Positions 38,424 to 49,585 of a stretch of DNA of 64,000 bases are shown piece by piece. The notes beneath the pieces were generated by a model. The model saw only the letters and a list, made by a program, of their open reading frames with translations, did not search any database and had not been told where the DNA came from. Each line of letters starts with the position of its first letter. Positions within the stretch are counted from its first letter, which is position 1. The position numbers and the translations under genes are program-made. Where the stretch lies: positions 10,230,001 to 10,294,000 of the forward strand of contig NC_042998.1 of the NCBI RefSeq assembly GCF_006345805.1, read 5' to 3'. Origin of the DNA: Octopus sinensis. Lineage: Eukaryota.

Positions 38424-39100
38424 TCATCATTATCATCATCGTTTAACGTCCGTTCTCCACGCTATCATGGGTTGGACGGTTCGACTGGGGATCTGGGAAG
38501 CCAGAAGGCTGCACCAGGCTCCAGTCTTATCTGGCAGTGTTTCTACAGTTGGATGCCCTTCCTAACGCCAACCACACATACATATATATATGTATACATG
38601 TTTATATATCATCATCATCACCATCATCGTTTAACGTCTGCTTTCCATGCTAGCATGGTTTGGACGGTTCGACTGGGGATCTGGGAAGCCAGAAGGCTGC
38701 ACCAGGCTCCAGTCTTATCTGGCAGTGTTTCTACAGCTGGATGCCCTTCCTAACGCCAACCACTCCGTGAGTGTAGTGGGTGTTTTTTACGTGCCACCTG
38801 CACAGGTGCCAGGCAAGGCTGGCAACAGCCACGGTCGGATTGGTGCATTTTACGTGCCACCGGCACGGAAGCCGGTCGAGGCGGCACTGGCATCGGCCAC
38901 GATTCGGATGGTGCTTTTTACGTGCCACCGGCACAGAAGCCAGTCGAGGCGGCACTGGCATCGGCCACGATTCGGATGGTGCTTTTTACGTGCCACCGGC
39001 ACGGAAGCCAGTCGAGGTGGCACTGGCATCGGCCATGATTCGGATGGTGCTTTTTACGTTCCACCGGCACGGAAGCCAGTCGAGGCGGCGCTGGCATCAA
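38424..39100 (-). mobile_element. Two tandem RTE 3'-end fragments, the second with several VNTR units
   Basis: Two (CAT)n tails at about 38424 and 38608 sharing the private variants GGGGATCTGGG and AGTCTTATCTGGC. Confidence 0.88.
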
Positions 39101-39168
39101 ATAATTCCAGTAAATAACTGGTAGTAATTTTATCACTTCCTAAAAAACAAGGTCAACTCCAGGAGACT

Positions 39169-39419
39169 CAGTGGTTCTCAACTAGGGTCCATAAGACCTT
39201 TGGGAGTCCATAGAAGATCTTGTTGTTAAGAATTATGCAATAAATTGCTTATACTACTATTACAATACACACAATATTCTAACAATGCTTCTTATACAAT
39301 TCCTAATAATAATTATAAAACTACAATAGGATTTTTATAGATGGAATTGTTATGAGGGTCCACCCAAGTAAAATAGGAATCGAAGGGGTCCATAGGTAAA
39401 AAATAGTTAAGAGCCACTG
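39169..39419. mobile_element. Older hAT-like MITE
   Basis: TIR CAGTGGTTCTCAAC / GTTAAGAGCCACTG; no TSD retained. Confidence 0.55.
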
Positions 39420-39845
39420 CTATAACTGAATACTGAAAGTCTGGTGCCTGTTGAAAGTGCAGGTTGAAGTGAATAGATAATGGTGGCAATTTTCCATTTC
39501 TGCTACCCTTCTTCCCTACACCCAGATATATTTATAATTCTTTATTGGAGGACTGATACTAAATGCTGTCTGGTACTTTTACTACTTCTGATACTAAATA
39601 ATAATAGCTAGGTTATTAATAGATTGGAAATACATATCTAACAAAATAAATATTTAAGCAAACACATAATTACAACAGAAATCAAAAATGTTTGTAAATT
39701 TTGTAGAACTGTTTCTTAAAGGCATTGCCTGTGACCTTTGTAGGTCAGCAACCCAGACACAATGCTCGTCATATTTTATGTCTGCAAGCCAAAGTCTACA
39801 GGGACAACAGTTACAGTATAGGAGGTTAACAATAAATAGATATTT

Positions 39846-39902
<57 letters not shown>

Positions 39903-41059
39903 GAGAGAGAATTTGTACAAGTAGAAATGTAAATGATAAGAGAAAGGTGAACATCAGGAAAAATATCCCACAATAGAAGAGACATGTTTTGACACTTTTG
40001 ACATGATTACATTGATAAAGGTGAGAATTACCAAAAAAAGAAAGAAAAAAAAAAGACTGAAGCTGGAGGAATGGCAATGAAATCATATTAAAGTGGTCCT
40101 AAAGTTAGCTGTTAGTACTGTAACCCAAGATCAATACTGGTTAATAAGACCAATGGTAAAAAGCATTCAGGATATGATCATCTACCCCTTTTTTCTTTTC
40201 CAGATATGGTGTACCCTGGATTACAGAAGAAATATACTCTTTTACTTGTTTCAGTCATTTGACTGCGGCCATGCTGGAGCACCGCCTTTAGTCGAGCAAA
40301 TCGACCCCGGGACTTATTCTTTGTAAGTCCAGTACTTATTCTATCGGTCTCTTTTGCCGAACCGCTAAGTGACGGGGACGTAAACACACCAGCATCGGTT
40401 GTCAGGCAATGCTAGGGGGACAAACACAGACACACACACACATATATATATATATACATATATACGACAGGCTTCTTTCAGTTTCCGTCTACCAAATCCA
40501 CTCACAACGCATTGGTCGGCCCGGGGCTATAGCAGAAGACACTTGCCCAAGATGCCACGCAGTGGGACTGAACCCGGAACCATGTGATTGGTTAGCAAGC
40601 TACTTACCACACGAATCAGAGTTAGTGGTATTATATACTGGTGATCCAGAGTTGGAGATCATGGTTTTGTGAACTGATTCCACAACCCTACAATGCACAC
40701 ATGCCTCCTATTGTTACCCCTACAAGTCTGTTCCTCCCCACCACACTGCTACCAATCTATACAAAGTTTTTTTGTCAAATCTTTCTTCCTCAGAAATATA
40801 TCTATCAGGAATATCCACTTTGTTTCCGCAAAGACTACAGTTGGTCAAACTGAACAACAACCACATCCATTTTTCTTGATCCAAGCCAATAAGGGAGCAA
40901 CCGTTTAGGTATTTGATTTGCTACAAATAGCAGCTAAATACCCCTCAACCACCACTGCTGCTGCTGCCACCACCACCCTAAATCAATAGGTCGTGAAGTA
41001 ACAGAACTAGGTACCAGATTGTCTGATACATATTGTTAGGCACTTCAGTGTTTGGTAAT

Positions 41060-41879
41060 AGAGGGTGTTAGAGCTAAATTTGATGATTTTTATGTTTCCT
41101 TTTCTTTTTTCAAGGACAGCTTGATGTATTTGGTGAACAGTCAACAGCAATGGAGAACATAAAGATTAAAGTTGTAGTTGAGAGCAAGTTAACTGACATG
41201 GAGGACTAGAAGCCATCTGAATATTGGAAACAATTACCCGTCATGATTTGTGCAGGGTATCACAGTGCCGCTTAATGCTATGTGAACACTGTAAAGGCTG
41301 TAAGTCATGGCCTGGACATCATGCCTATCTGTGCCGTTGAACAGGGCCTTACGCTCAATTTAGATGGCTATGTGAAACTGCTGGTTGGAGGAGACTGTGG
41401 TCAAACCTTGACCGGAGAGGGTTGCTGCTGGTAGGCCATATGTGTGGTAGCAGGATTTTTCTCCTAGCCATACCTCCAGAAAGAATCAGAAAGTAGTTGT
41501 CAAAACATTTCTACAACTTCACCAGTCCCAATTTCTGGCCTCCTAATTCTCCCAATTGTAATGCCATAGATTACTATGAATGGGGCACAACCGAGAAAAA
41601 CTCAAACTCTGCCTGAAACACCAAGGCTAAGCTTGTGGCTGGGATCAAGGTGTTCAAAGATCTTCCCAGGGACACAGTGAGGAACGCATGCTCCAGGTTC
41701 TGGGACCATTTTGAGGCTGTGGTGGAAGCTGAGGGTAGCTACTTTGTATAAGATGTTATCTCCCAGCCATAATCTAGTCGATACTTTTTGAGTTTTTAAA
41801 AAATACTTTCATTTTTGGATGGAATATTGTTTTCTTTCCCTTTTGTACAAACTATCAAATTTAGCCTGAACACTCGGTA
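41060..41879 (+). mobile_element. Internally deleted Tc1/mariner relic
   Basis: GRPYVW*QD..SHTSRK, FWPPNSPNCNAIDYYEWG, ACSRF..FEAVVEAEG; diverged TIRs TA..GTGTT..GCTAAATTTGAT. Confidence 0.8.
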
Positions 41880-42284
41880 GGTACCTGCCACTGGAGTCAA
41901 TGATGGTGCCTCTTTGTGGTTGCTTGATCTGCTATAAATAGCAGTGAAGTCTCCCTTAAATCATAGCTGACTCTTTTAGTAAAAAGAAACATTGGATAAC
42001 AAGGTCCAAAGTTCCCTGCACAAGGAAATAAAAAGTTGGGTTGCTCATGGTTGGAATGCCTTTGACTATAAGTTTTCTCAATCATGAGTGACTTGGGCTA
42101 GACAACAACAAAGGCAACATGATGTGAACATGAGACAAAGAAAGAGTACTGAAGTGTACTAGCAAGAAGAATGAAGAGATTGTCAAATTTGAATCCAATA
42201 GGAGCTGAATCTAACATTCAGACAATTCTGCCATCTGTTCAGGTAAATGTTAAATTCAATATTTTACAACTGGACAGAATATAT

Positions 42285-42665
42285 AATAATAATGAAATTA
42301 TTGTATACAGTGCTCAGGTGCACCACAACTTGTCAGAAAGTGCATATAAAGTACATGCAGTAATGTACAAATGTCTGGAAAGCGAACAATGTATGAGTCA
42401 GATACATGCTTGCGTGTGTATGGAGGGGAGAAAATCAGGTGTAGTGTTGGCGAATCTCAGAAAGCATGGAAGTTTTGAAGGATGCAGTGCTCCGACAACT
42501 AACAACTGATGCCGGCAGTTTGTTCCATGCTTCAGCAACACTCAGCGTGAAAAAATGTTTCCTGAAGTCATGGGAGCTGTGCTGTTTTCTTACTTTGTAA
42601 ATATGTCCACGGGTGTTAGACGGGTGGAGTTTGAAAAGGTGCTCAGAGTTATAGAAATGTTTGTA
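42285..42665 (-). mobile_element. CR1-type LINE 3' fragment starting about 20 nt below the LETM1 exon donor at 42684
   Basis: Reverse complement of the 10120-10462 family. Confidence 0.85.
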
Positions 42666-42684
42666 GCAAGAAAAACATAGTTAC

Positions 42685-42741
42685 CGTGCCACACTGTGGC
42701 CACAAAGGCACCGACAAGCCAGCATTGTAACGGGTGATCTC
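42685..42741 (-). CDS. LETM1: LETM1 first recognisable coding exon (57 nt); probable start ATG at 42725 (MLACRCLCGHSVAR)
   Basis: ttttttctttgcag|GAGATC acceptor and GCACG|gtaact donor. Phase-2 end joins the 38312 exon in frame. ACAATG context; the downstream peptide is Arg-rich and acid-poor like a mitochondrial presequence. Confidence 0.65.
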
Positions 42742-43162
42742 CTGCAAAGAAAAAAAGTAAGACATAAATCAAATATAGAATTATATAAAAGTTCATTTAC
42801 ATAAACAAAGAATGTTATACAACGAATAAAAGCACAGAATGCAAAAGTGGCTGTGTGGTAGGAAGTTTGCTTCTCAACCACATGGCTCCAGGCTCAATCC
42901 TACATCATGGCATTTTTACTATGCACTGGGCTGACCAAAGACTTGTGAATGAATTTTGTAGATGAAAAATGAAAGAAACCTGTTGTATATATATGTGTGT
43001 GTGTGTGTGTGCACACATTTGTCCCCCACCATTGCTTAATAACTGGTGTTGGTTTGTTTATGTCTCCATAACCAGTGATTTAGCCAGAGGCGTTTTGGCA
43101 GATATACCCTCCAGCCTTCGTCAGGTTTCTAAGTTTAAAAAAAATTAAATATTGAGGCCAAT

Positions 43163-43420
43163 GGACATATGGCGTAGTGGTTAAGAGCGCGGGCTACTAA
43201 CCCCAAGATTCCGAGTTCGACTCCAGGCAGTGACCTGAATAATAATAATAATAATAATAATAACAACAACAACATCGAAAAATACCTTAGGAATGAGAAC
43301 CCAAGTTCGAAATTTCCCCAAGATACCTGATGAAGGTTGGAGGGTATATCAGCCGAAACGTGTTAACGACTAACAAGATGAGGATAAATATCTGTCAAAT
43401 GTAAATAATGTAAATAATGA
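43163..43420 (+). mobile_element. tRNA-headed element with (AAT)n linker and hammerhead-like 3' module; inverted partial copy at 43091-43126
   Basis: TGGCGTAGTGG A box, GAGTTCGACTCC B box; CTGATGA-A-GGTTG-loop-CAGCC-GAAAC at 43327-43359. Confidence 0.75.
43321..43365 (+). ncRNA. Minimal type I hammerhead ribozyme core (this copy probably inactive)
   Basis: CUGAUGA, 5-bp stem II, GAAA, palindromic ACGU stem III; position 17 is G and stem I does not pair. Confidence 0.6.
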
Positions 43421-46329
43421 ACCATTATATACACACACACATTGAAAGCGGTTGGCAATAGGAAGAGAATCCATCTGTAGAACCATATCAAAGCTGACAC
43501 TGAAACTCAATGCAAACCTGCAGCTTACTAGATACTGGCAATCCATCCAACCCATATCAGCGTAAATAAAGGACAAAGTGATGACAATGATGATAATGAT
43601 GAATGATAATGTTGAAAACAATGCCACCAATTCTCAACCATTTCCCCCAAAATTTGCACACAAATCCAAAATTGTCCCAGAGTAATGCATGAAGGAAAAG
43701 ATCCTAGGCCCAGTGGACGCCCAGGGGAAAACAGTGAAAATTCAAGGAAGGGGATGTGAAAGACTGATAGTGATAAGAGTGGTTGAAGAGTGTAAGAACA
43801 AGGTACAGAAATTTCAGTTTAGGACATGAAACTCTTCCTCCTTCAGTTTCTCTTTGATCTCTCTCTAGCTTACGTCAACTCTACTTTCTTTTTCAATCTA
43901 ATTGTTTGTCTGACACACAAGATGTGTGCATGCGCACACACACATTTTTTCAACTGTCTTACTCATATCGAGATGATATTACAGAGGTACTAAAGCACTA
44001 TAATTATATAAATTCCTCATTTATAAACAATATCTTTAGAAAAATTAGCATGCAGTTTCGAATACTGTGAAAGGAAGAACATAGCTTATTTTTTTAATTG
44101 TTTTACATTTAAATTTCTTTATATTAATAAACTACAACAATAAACAGACAGGTGCAGGCACAGCTGTTTGGTAAAGTTTGTTTTGGAAATTTCAGGGTTC
44201 AGAGTGTCTGCCTACAACACAGGCACTGTCAGCTGATGTCTTCAACAATAACCACAAACTGATCAATGCATTGTTAGTGAAATTTGATAGATTGAAACTC
44301 AAAGAATCTTGGTGTGTGTGCATGTGCAGCCTGGTGCCACATCAAAGCACATTTCCAGGCTTGCTCCTTGGCAACAGATGTGCACTCTTCAGTCTGAATA
44401 AGTAGCATCGTGTCTTTTCCTTGTACCTTATCATAGTGAGATGTGCTGCTGCCCAGGACAGCTCTTTGAAGAAATACAACACCTACCAGCATTCAGTGTC
44501 TTAGCTGCAGTTCTCCAGTCAACTGCTGTGGCTCTCTCTTCCAACTTTTGAGGTTGCAGGACACACACACACACACACACATGTATACATATGCTGGTGT
44601 ATGCATGTATTTTTATACATACGTGTTTATATATATATAAAAAACTAAATTCATACATATATATTTATATACATACATATGTATAATATATATGATGCAT
44701 ATATACACGTGTGTGTGGCTTATACTCAATCAAAATTATCTGTTATCACAATATATATATATTTCTTTATTGCCCACAAGGGGCTAAACATAGAGGGGAC
44801 AAAGACAGACAAAGTGATTAAGTCAATTATATCGACCCAAGTGCGTAACTGGTACTTTATTTATCAACCCTGAAAGGATGAAAGGCAAAGTCGACCTCGG
44901 CGGAATTTGAACTCAGAAACGTAACGGCAGACGAAATACCACTAAGCATTTCGCCCAGCACGCTAACATTTCTGCCAGCTCACCGCCCTATATATATATA
45001 TACATGCATGTATGTATATTGTAATAATGAATTATTTTGATTGAGTACAAAGCCATTTTGTAAGGAGATAGATTATATTTATTGAATGAATGAATGATAG
45101 TATCTTACTAATACCTATTTCACTGACCCTAGACAAATGAAAGGCAGGGTAGACACAAGCTAGATACAAACGAATCATCTAATCTGGTTCTCTTTCTCTC
45201 CCTGCAATTAGCATCAATGCCACACAGTTACTTAGCCAAGTCACTTTGGTAATAGACGGAAGCATACACACAAAACAAATATAAAAATAGACATTAAATG
45301 GGAAGATAAGGTTAAAGAGTTTCCGTTAATTAACAAAAACTGTACGAGCTAATGTTTCTCCCCCCTCTCTCTCTTTATTTTTTTTGTTTGTATTTTTCCT
45401 TTACAGTTAGGTAATCTTTCTAATGTTTTGACTTAGAAATGTTTACGTTCTCAATTTCCAGTTAACTAGGCAGAGAGAACTGGAGTAATGATGTGCTTTG
45501 CTTAGGAGCACAAGGACATACTATTGTATCAGGATTTGAACTCTTGGCAATGCACCAATAAGAAGACAACTCAATCATTACTCTTCTACTAAGCAATTTT
45601 ACTTTCTTTCTTGGTATTTTTAAAAATTTTATTTTTCTACCAAATTTGAGAGATAGATCTCTTAACAAATGAGAACTTTATGCCAGTGTGTAGCTGGGAA
45701 TATATTTTCCTTGTGGGTAGCTCATAAGCCATATACTGTTTCTGCTCTTTGGCATGGGGAAATGTATCTTCACACATGTGTCTATATTACAGGTTAAGTG
45801 GCCAATCAATGGAATTTTTATACCAAAACGAAAAAGACAACTTTAGAATATCAGGCAGAGCCCATTGAAGGGTTCTACTCTCAACAAAATTTATTTTATC
45901 CTCACTGCATAAAATATATTCCACTATTTAAAGATTTTATGTTATCTATTAAAACAAAACATTTTTAGTTCCATAAAATTCAACTGTTTTATCATAAATT
46001 AAGGGTATCAGATACAAAGAGCCATATCCACCAACTGAAGGATATTTCTATTATGGGTTAGCACGCCGGGCGAAATGCTTAGCAGTATTTTGTCTGTTGT
46101 TACGTTCTGAGTTCAAATTCCACCGAGGTCAACTTTGCCTTTCATCCTTTCAGGGTCGATATATTAAGTACCAGTTTCGCACTGGGGGCGATATAATCAA
46201 CTCAATCCCTTCAGACTGTCCTTGTTTGTCCCCTCTATGTTTAGTCCCTTCTGGGCAGTAAAGAAATATATTATGGGTTGTCCTTAACCAGATACTTAAC
46301 TCTCAATCCATCAAGCCAATAATAATAAT

Positions 46330-48260
46330 AATAATAGATTTTTTGTTTTGTTTTATAGAAAGCAATGAAATCATGGGAAACAGAACTAAAATGCAAACAT
46401 GATTTGTTAGGGAGTGTGAAAATATAGAAGGAAACATTTCAGGAATACTCATTCTTCCATTGCTTTTCATGACTGGATTAATTCCTCAGACAAGTATACT
46501 GAGAAAATCCAGATCTTTCTTTTGCTAAAAACCAAAGTTAAAATAAACTATTTGCTATCTATGAATGCCCTCAAACTATACACTAAAAATGAAGATGATC
46601 TACATTCTCTGGTCCAAGTAGTAAGAATATTTAGCAAGGTGGATAAGTGTGCAGTTTTAATTATAAAGAGAGGTTGACAGTTTTAAAATGGACAAATCCA
46701 GCCAAAGTATTCTACCTGTTTTATGTTCAAACCAACCAGATCTGACCTTTCACACCTACTCAACAATATCATTCTAAAAATAAAGTCATATCATAGGAAT
46801 CTCAAAATCACAAGAGAATGTATGATTAATTCAAAACAATGTGAATAAATAAGCATTTCATTTGACAGAGGAATCTAAAGGCTAAAAGGGTTAAATCTGA
46901 TACTATAAAGATACAAGATCATATTAGATTGCTGAGAAATAACAAGGGAAACAAGTATCTAGGGATGCTAAAGGGTGATAAGGTAATGCAAAAAGAAACA
47001 ACAAATAAAGTCTCTAAAGCAGTGGTTTTCAACCAGGGTTCCGCCAGTACAGTCCAGGGGTTCCGCAAGAAGTTACAAAACTGCTAAAATCGGCAGTAAT
47101 TTTTAATTCTCCTGTGCAGATATGTGTGCATAAGACTATTAAATTATTGCACAGGGGTTCCTCGAGCCAGTGGAATGTTTCCTTGGGGTTTCGCTCCAGC
47201 AAAAAGTTTGAAAAGCACTGCTCTAAAGAGTACAAAAGAAGAATTAGTTACAAGACAATATGTGTCCCATGCTACTGTTGAAAGATCTTGCTCCTTTTCT
47301 AAAGTGGGCAAATACAAGCTACGGGAATTGGACAGAACTAAGAAGCTGTTCACAATGCATAATGTAATATTGACAAGCTCTACTCACCAAGAAGGGAAGG
47401 AGACACAGATTTGTTAAATGCAGAAGACACCATCAATACTGTGAAATTGAGTTTGAGAAACTATGTTGTACAGAGTGAAGAAAGAATATCATCTGCAGCT
47501 AGAAATATCCGAAAAGCCACAGAAACAGTAGAAGAATTCAAGAACAGAAAGGAGGGCTATAGGACTAATGGCTGGAAAGAGAAGAAATTACACAGCCAAT
47601 TCATGCAGCAAACTGAGGATGCTGGAAGTAAAGAACTCTGGCTGTGGCTGACAGGAACCTGAAATGAGAAACTGAATCAGTTTCAGGAATAAGCCACATG
47701 ATTCAACTCAATAAAGACAATAACTGATAAAACCCAGTCAGAGAGCAAATACAGAACATGCAGAAAACTGAATGGAATAAGCTAGTGCAAAAAGAGTATA
47801 AGCACAAGTATGACTAGACTTGTAAAAGAGTGTGTTGGGCTGCTAGTTAGTTGATCTGAAGTGATGGAAAAGAGGTATGAATACAAGCCAGAGGGTTTTT
47901 TTGCTTCATCAGTATCAACAGTCTCTATAGAAACTGACTATACTATTGAAGGAAGGAGACCAGATATGTTTATACAAGACAGAAAGAGCAAACTGTATTA
48001 GATCATAGACTTTGCAATACCACATGATAACAGAGCAGACAGCAAAGAAATTGAGAAAATAAAGAAACATCATAACCTAGCAAGAGATAGAAGTAGGGAT
48101 TGTGGAGTACAAAGGTGACGGTAGTCCCTGTGGTAATAGATGCACCTGGCACAACACCCAAACTGCTACCCAAGATGTCAAAGGATATTAGAATTGAGGC
48201 CCTGTTTTGGAATTGGAGTTATTAAGGCTGTGAGTAGATATATTGACAAGAGAAAACAAG
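46330..48260 (+). pseudogene. Decayed R4/Dong-like non-LTR retrotransposon (C-terminal half)
   Basis: WKEKKLHSQF, ELWLWLTG, TDYTIEGRRPDMFIQD..IIDFAIPHD..KEIEKI, VVPVVIDAPG. Confidence 0.72.
47020..47220. mobile_element. hAT (Charlie-like) MITE inserted in the R4-like relic
   Basis: TIR CAGTGGTTTTCAA / TTGAAAAGCACTG; perfect 8-bp TSD CTCTAAAG (47012-47019, 47221-47228). Confidence 0.9.
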
Positions 48261-48660
48261 ATTTCTTCAAATCAAAATTTAAAATTAGATTTCACTATGC
48301 TATAGTTTTATTTATTCTTTTACTGCTTTCAGTCATTTCACTGAGGCCATGCTACAGCACTGCCTTTAGTTGAACAAATCGACCCCAGGACTTATTATTT
48401 CAGGCTCTTTTGCCAAACTGCTAAGTTATGGGGACATAAAAACAGACACACACACACATATATACGACGGGCTTCTTTCAGTTTCCATCTACCAAATCCA
48501 CAAACAAGGCTTTGGTCAACCTAAGGCTATAGTAGAAGACACTTGCTCAGGGTGCCACACAGTGGGACTGAACCCGGAACTATGTGGTTGGTAAGCAAGC
48601 TACTTACCACACAGGCACTCCTGTTTATTTTTTTGAAAATATTATTATTATTAATATTAT

Positions 48661-49350
48661 TAAAGACAGTGAGCTGGTAGAATCGTTAACATGCTAGATG
48701 AAATGCTTAGTGGTATTTCAACTGTCGCTAGGGTCTGAGTTCAAATTCTGCTGAGGTCAACTTTGCCTTTCATCCTTTCGGAGTTGATAAATTAAGTACC
48801 AGTGAAACACTGGGGTTGATGTAATTGACTATCCCCTCCCCTCAAATTTCCGGCCTTGTGCCTTCAGTAGAAAGGATTATTATTATTATTATTATTAATA
48901 TTATTATTATTATTAATCTAACAGAATCATTAGCACACCAGGCAGAATACTTAATGGCATTTCATCTTTGCATTCTGAGTACAAATTCTGCCGAGGTCAA
49001 CTTTGTCTTTCATCCTTTTGAGAGTAATGGGGCCAATGTAATCAACTCACCCCCGCCCCAACCACAAAACTTCTGACTTTGTGTTTACAGTAGAAAGAAT
49101 TATTTTTTTATTATTATTACTATTATTAAGGCAGTGAAGGGACAGAATCGTTAGCACACCAGGTAAAATGTTTACCAGCATTTCATCGGCCTTTACGCTC
49201 TGAGTTCAAATTCCGCTGAGGCCAACTTTGCTTTTCATCCTTTTGGAGTTGATAAATTAAGTACCAATGAAATACTGGGGGTTGATGTAATCAACTTCTC
49301 TCCCCCACCCCCAAATTTCAGGCCTTGTGCATTTAATAGAAAGGATTATT
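48661..49350 (+). mobile_element. Three head-to-tail degenerate SINE family C copies with (TAT)n linkers
   Basis: GAGCTGGCAGAA / CTGAGTTCAAATTCCGCCGAGG / TTTGCCTTTCATCCTTT motif three times. Single copies at about 44765-44990(-), 46056-46267(+), 50113-50347(-), 50960-51180(+), 63665-63862(-). Confidence 0.82.
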
Positions 49351-49535
49351 AGTGAACAGGTCGTGGTCTTGTAGCGACGAAAATATCTTGACAAATTCAA
49401 CTTAAATGTTGAAGTGAATCGAACGGCTTTTGTGTGTTTCTTAAATGGCTTACAAACACCTTCCACGCTGCAATTGTTTTCGTTCCAGCACACGATCTCA
49501 GATCAGATCACTTGCTATGCAAGTACATCTCCGTA

Positions 49536-49585
<50 letters not shown>

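Noticed and set aside
43163-43236. Functional tRNA-Ser(ACT)
   Set aside because: Acceptor, anticodon and T stems have several mismatches; it is a SINE-type head.
49351-49395. Active ribozyme in the second G3-C8 family copy
   Set aside because: Stem I 5' strand is truncated and U16.1 is C; useful only as consensus evidence.
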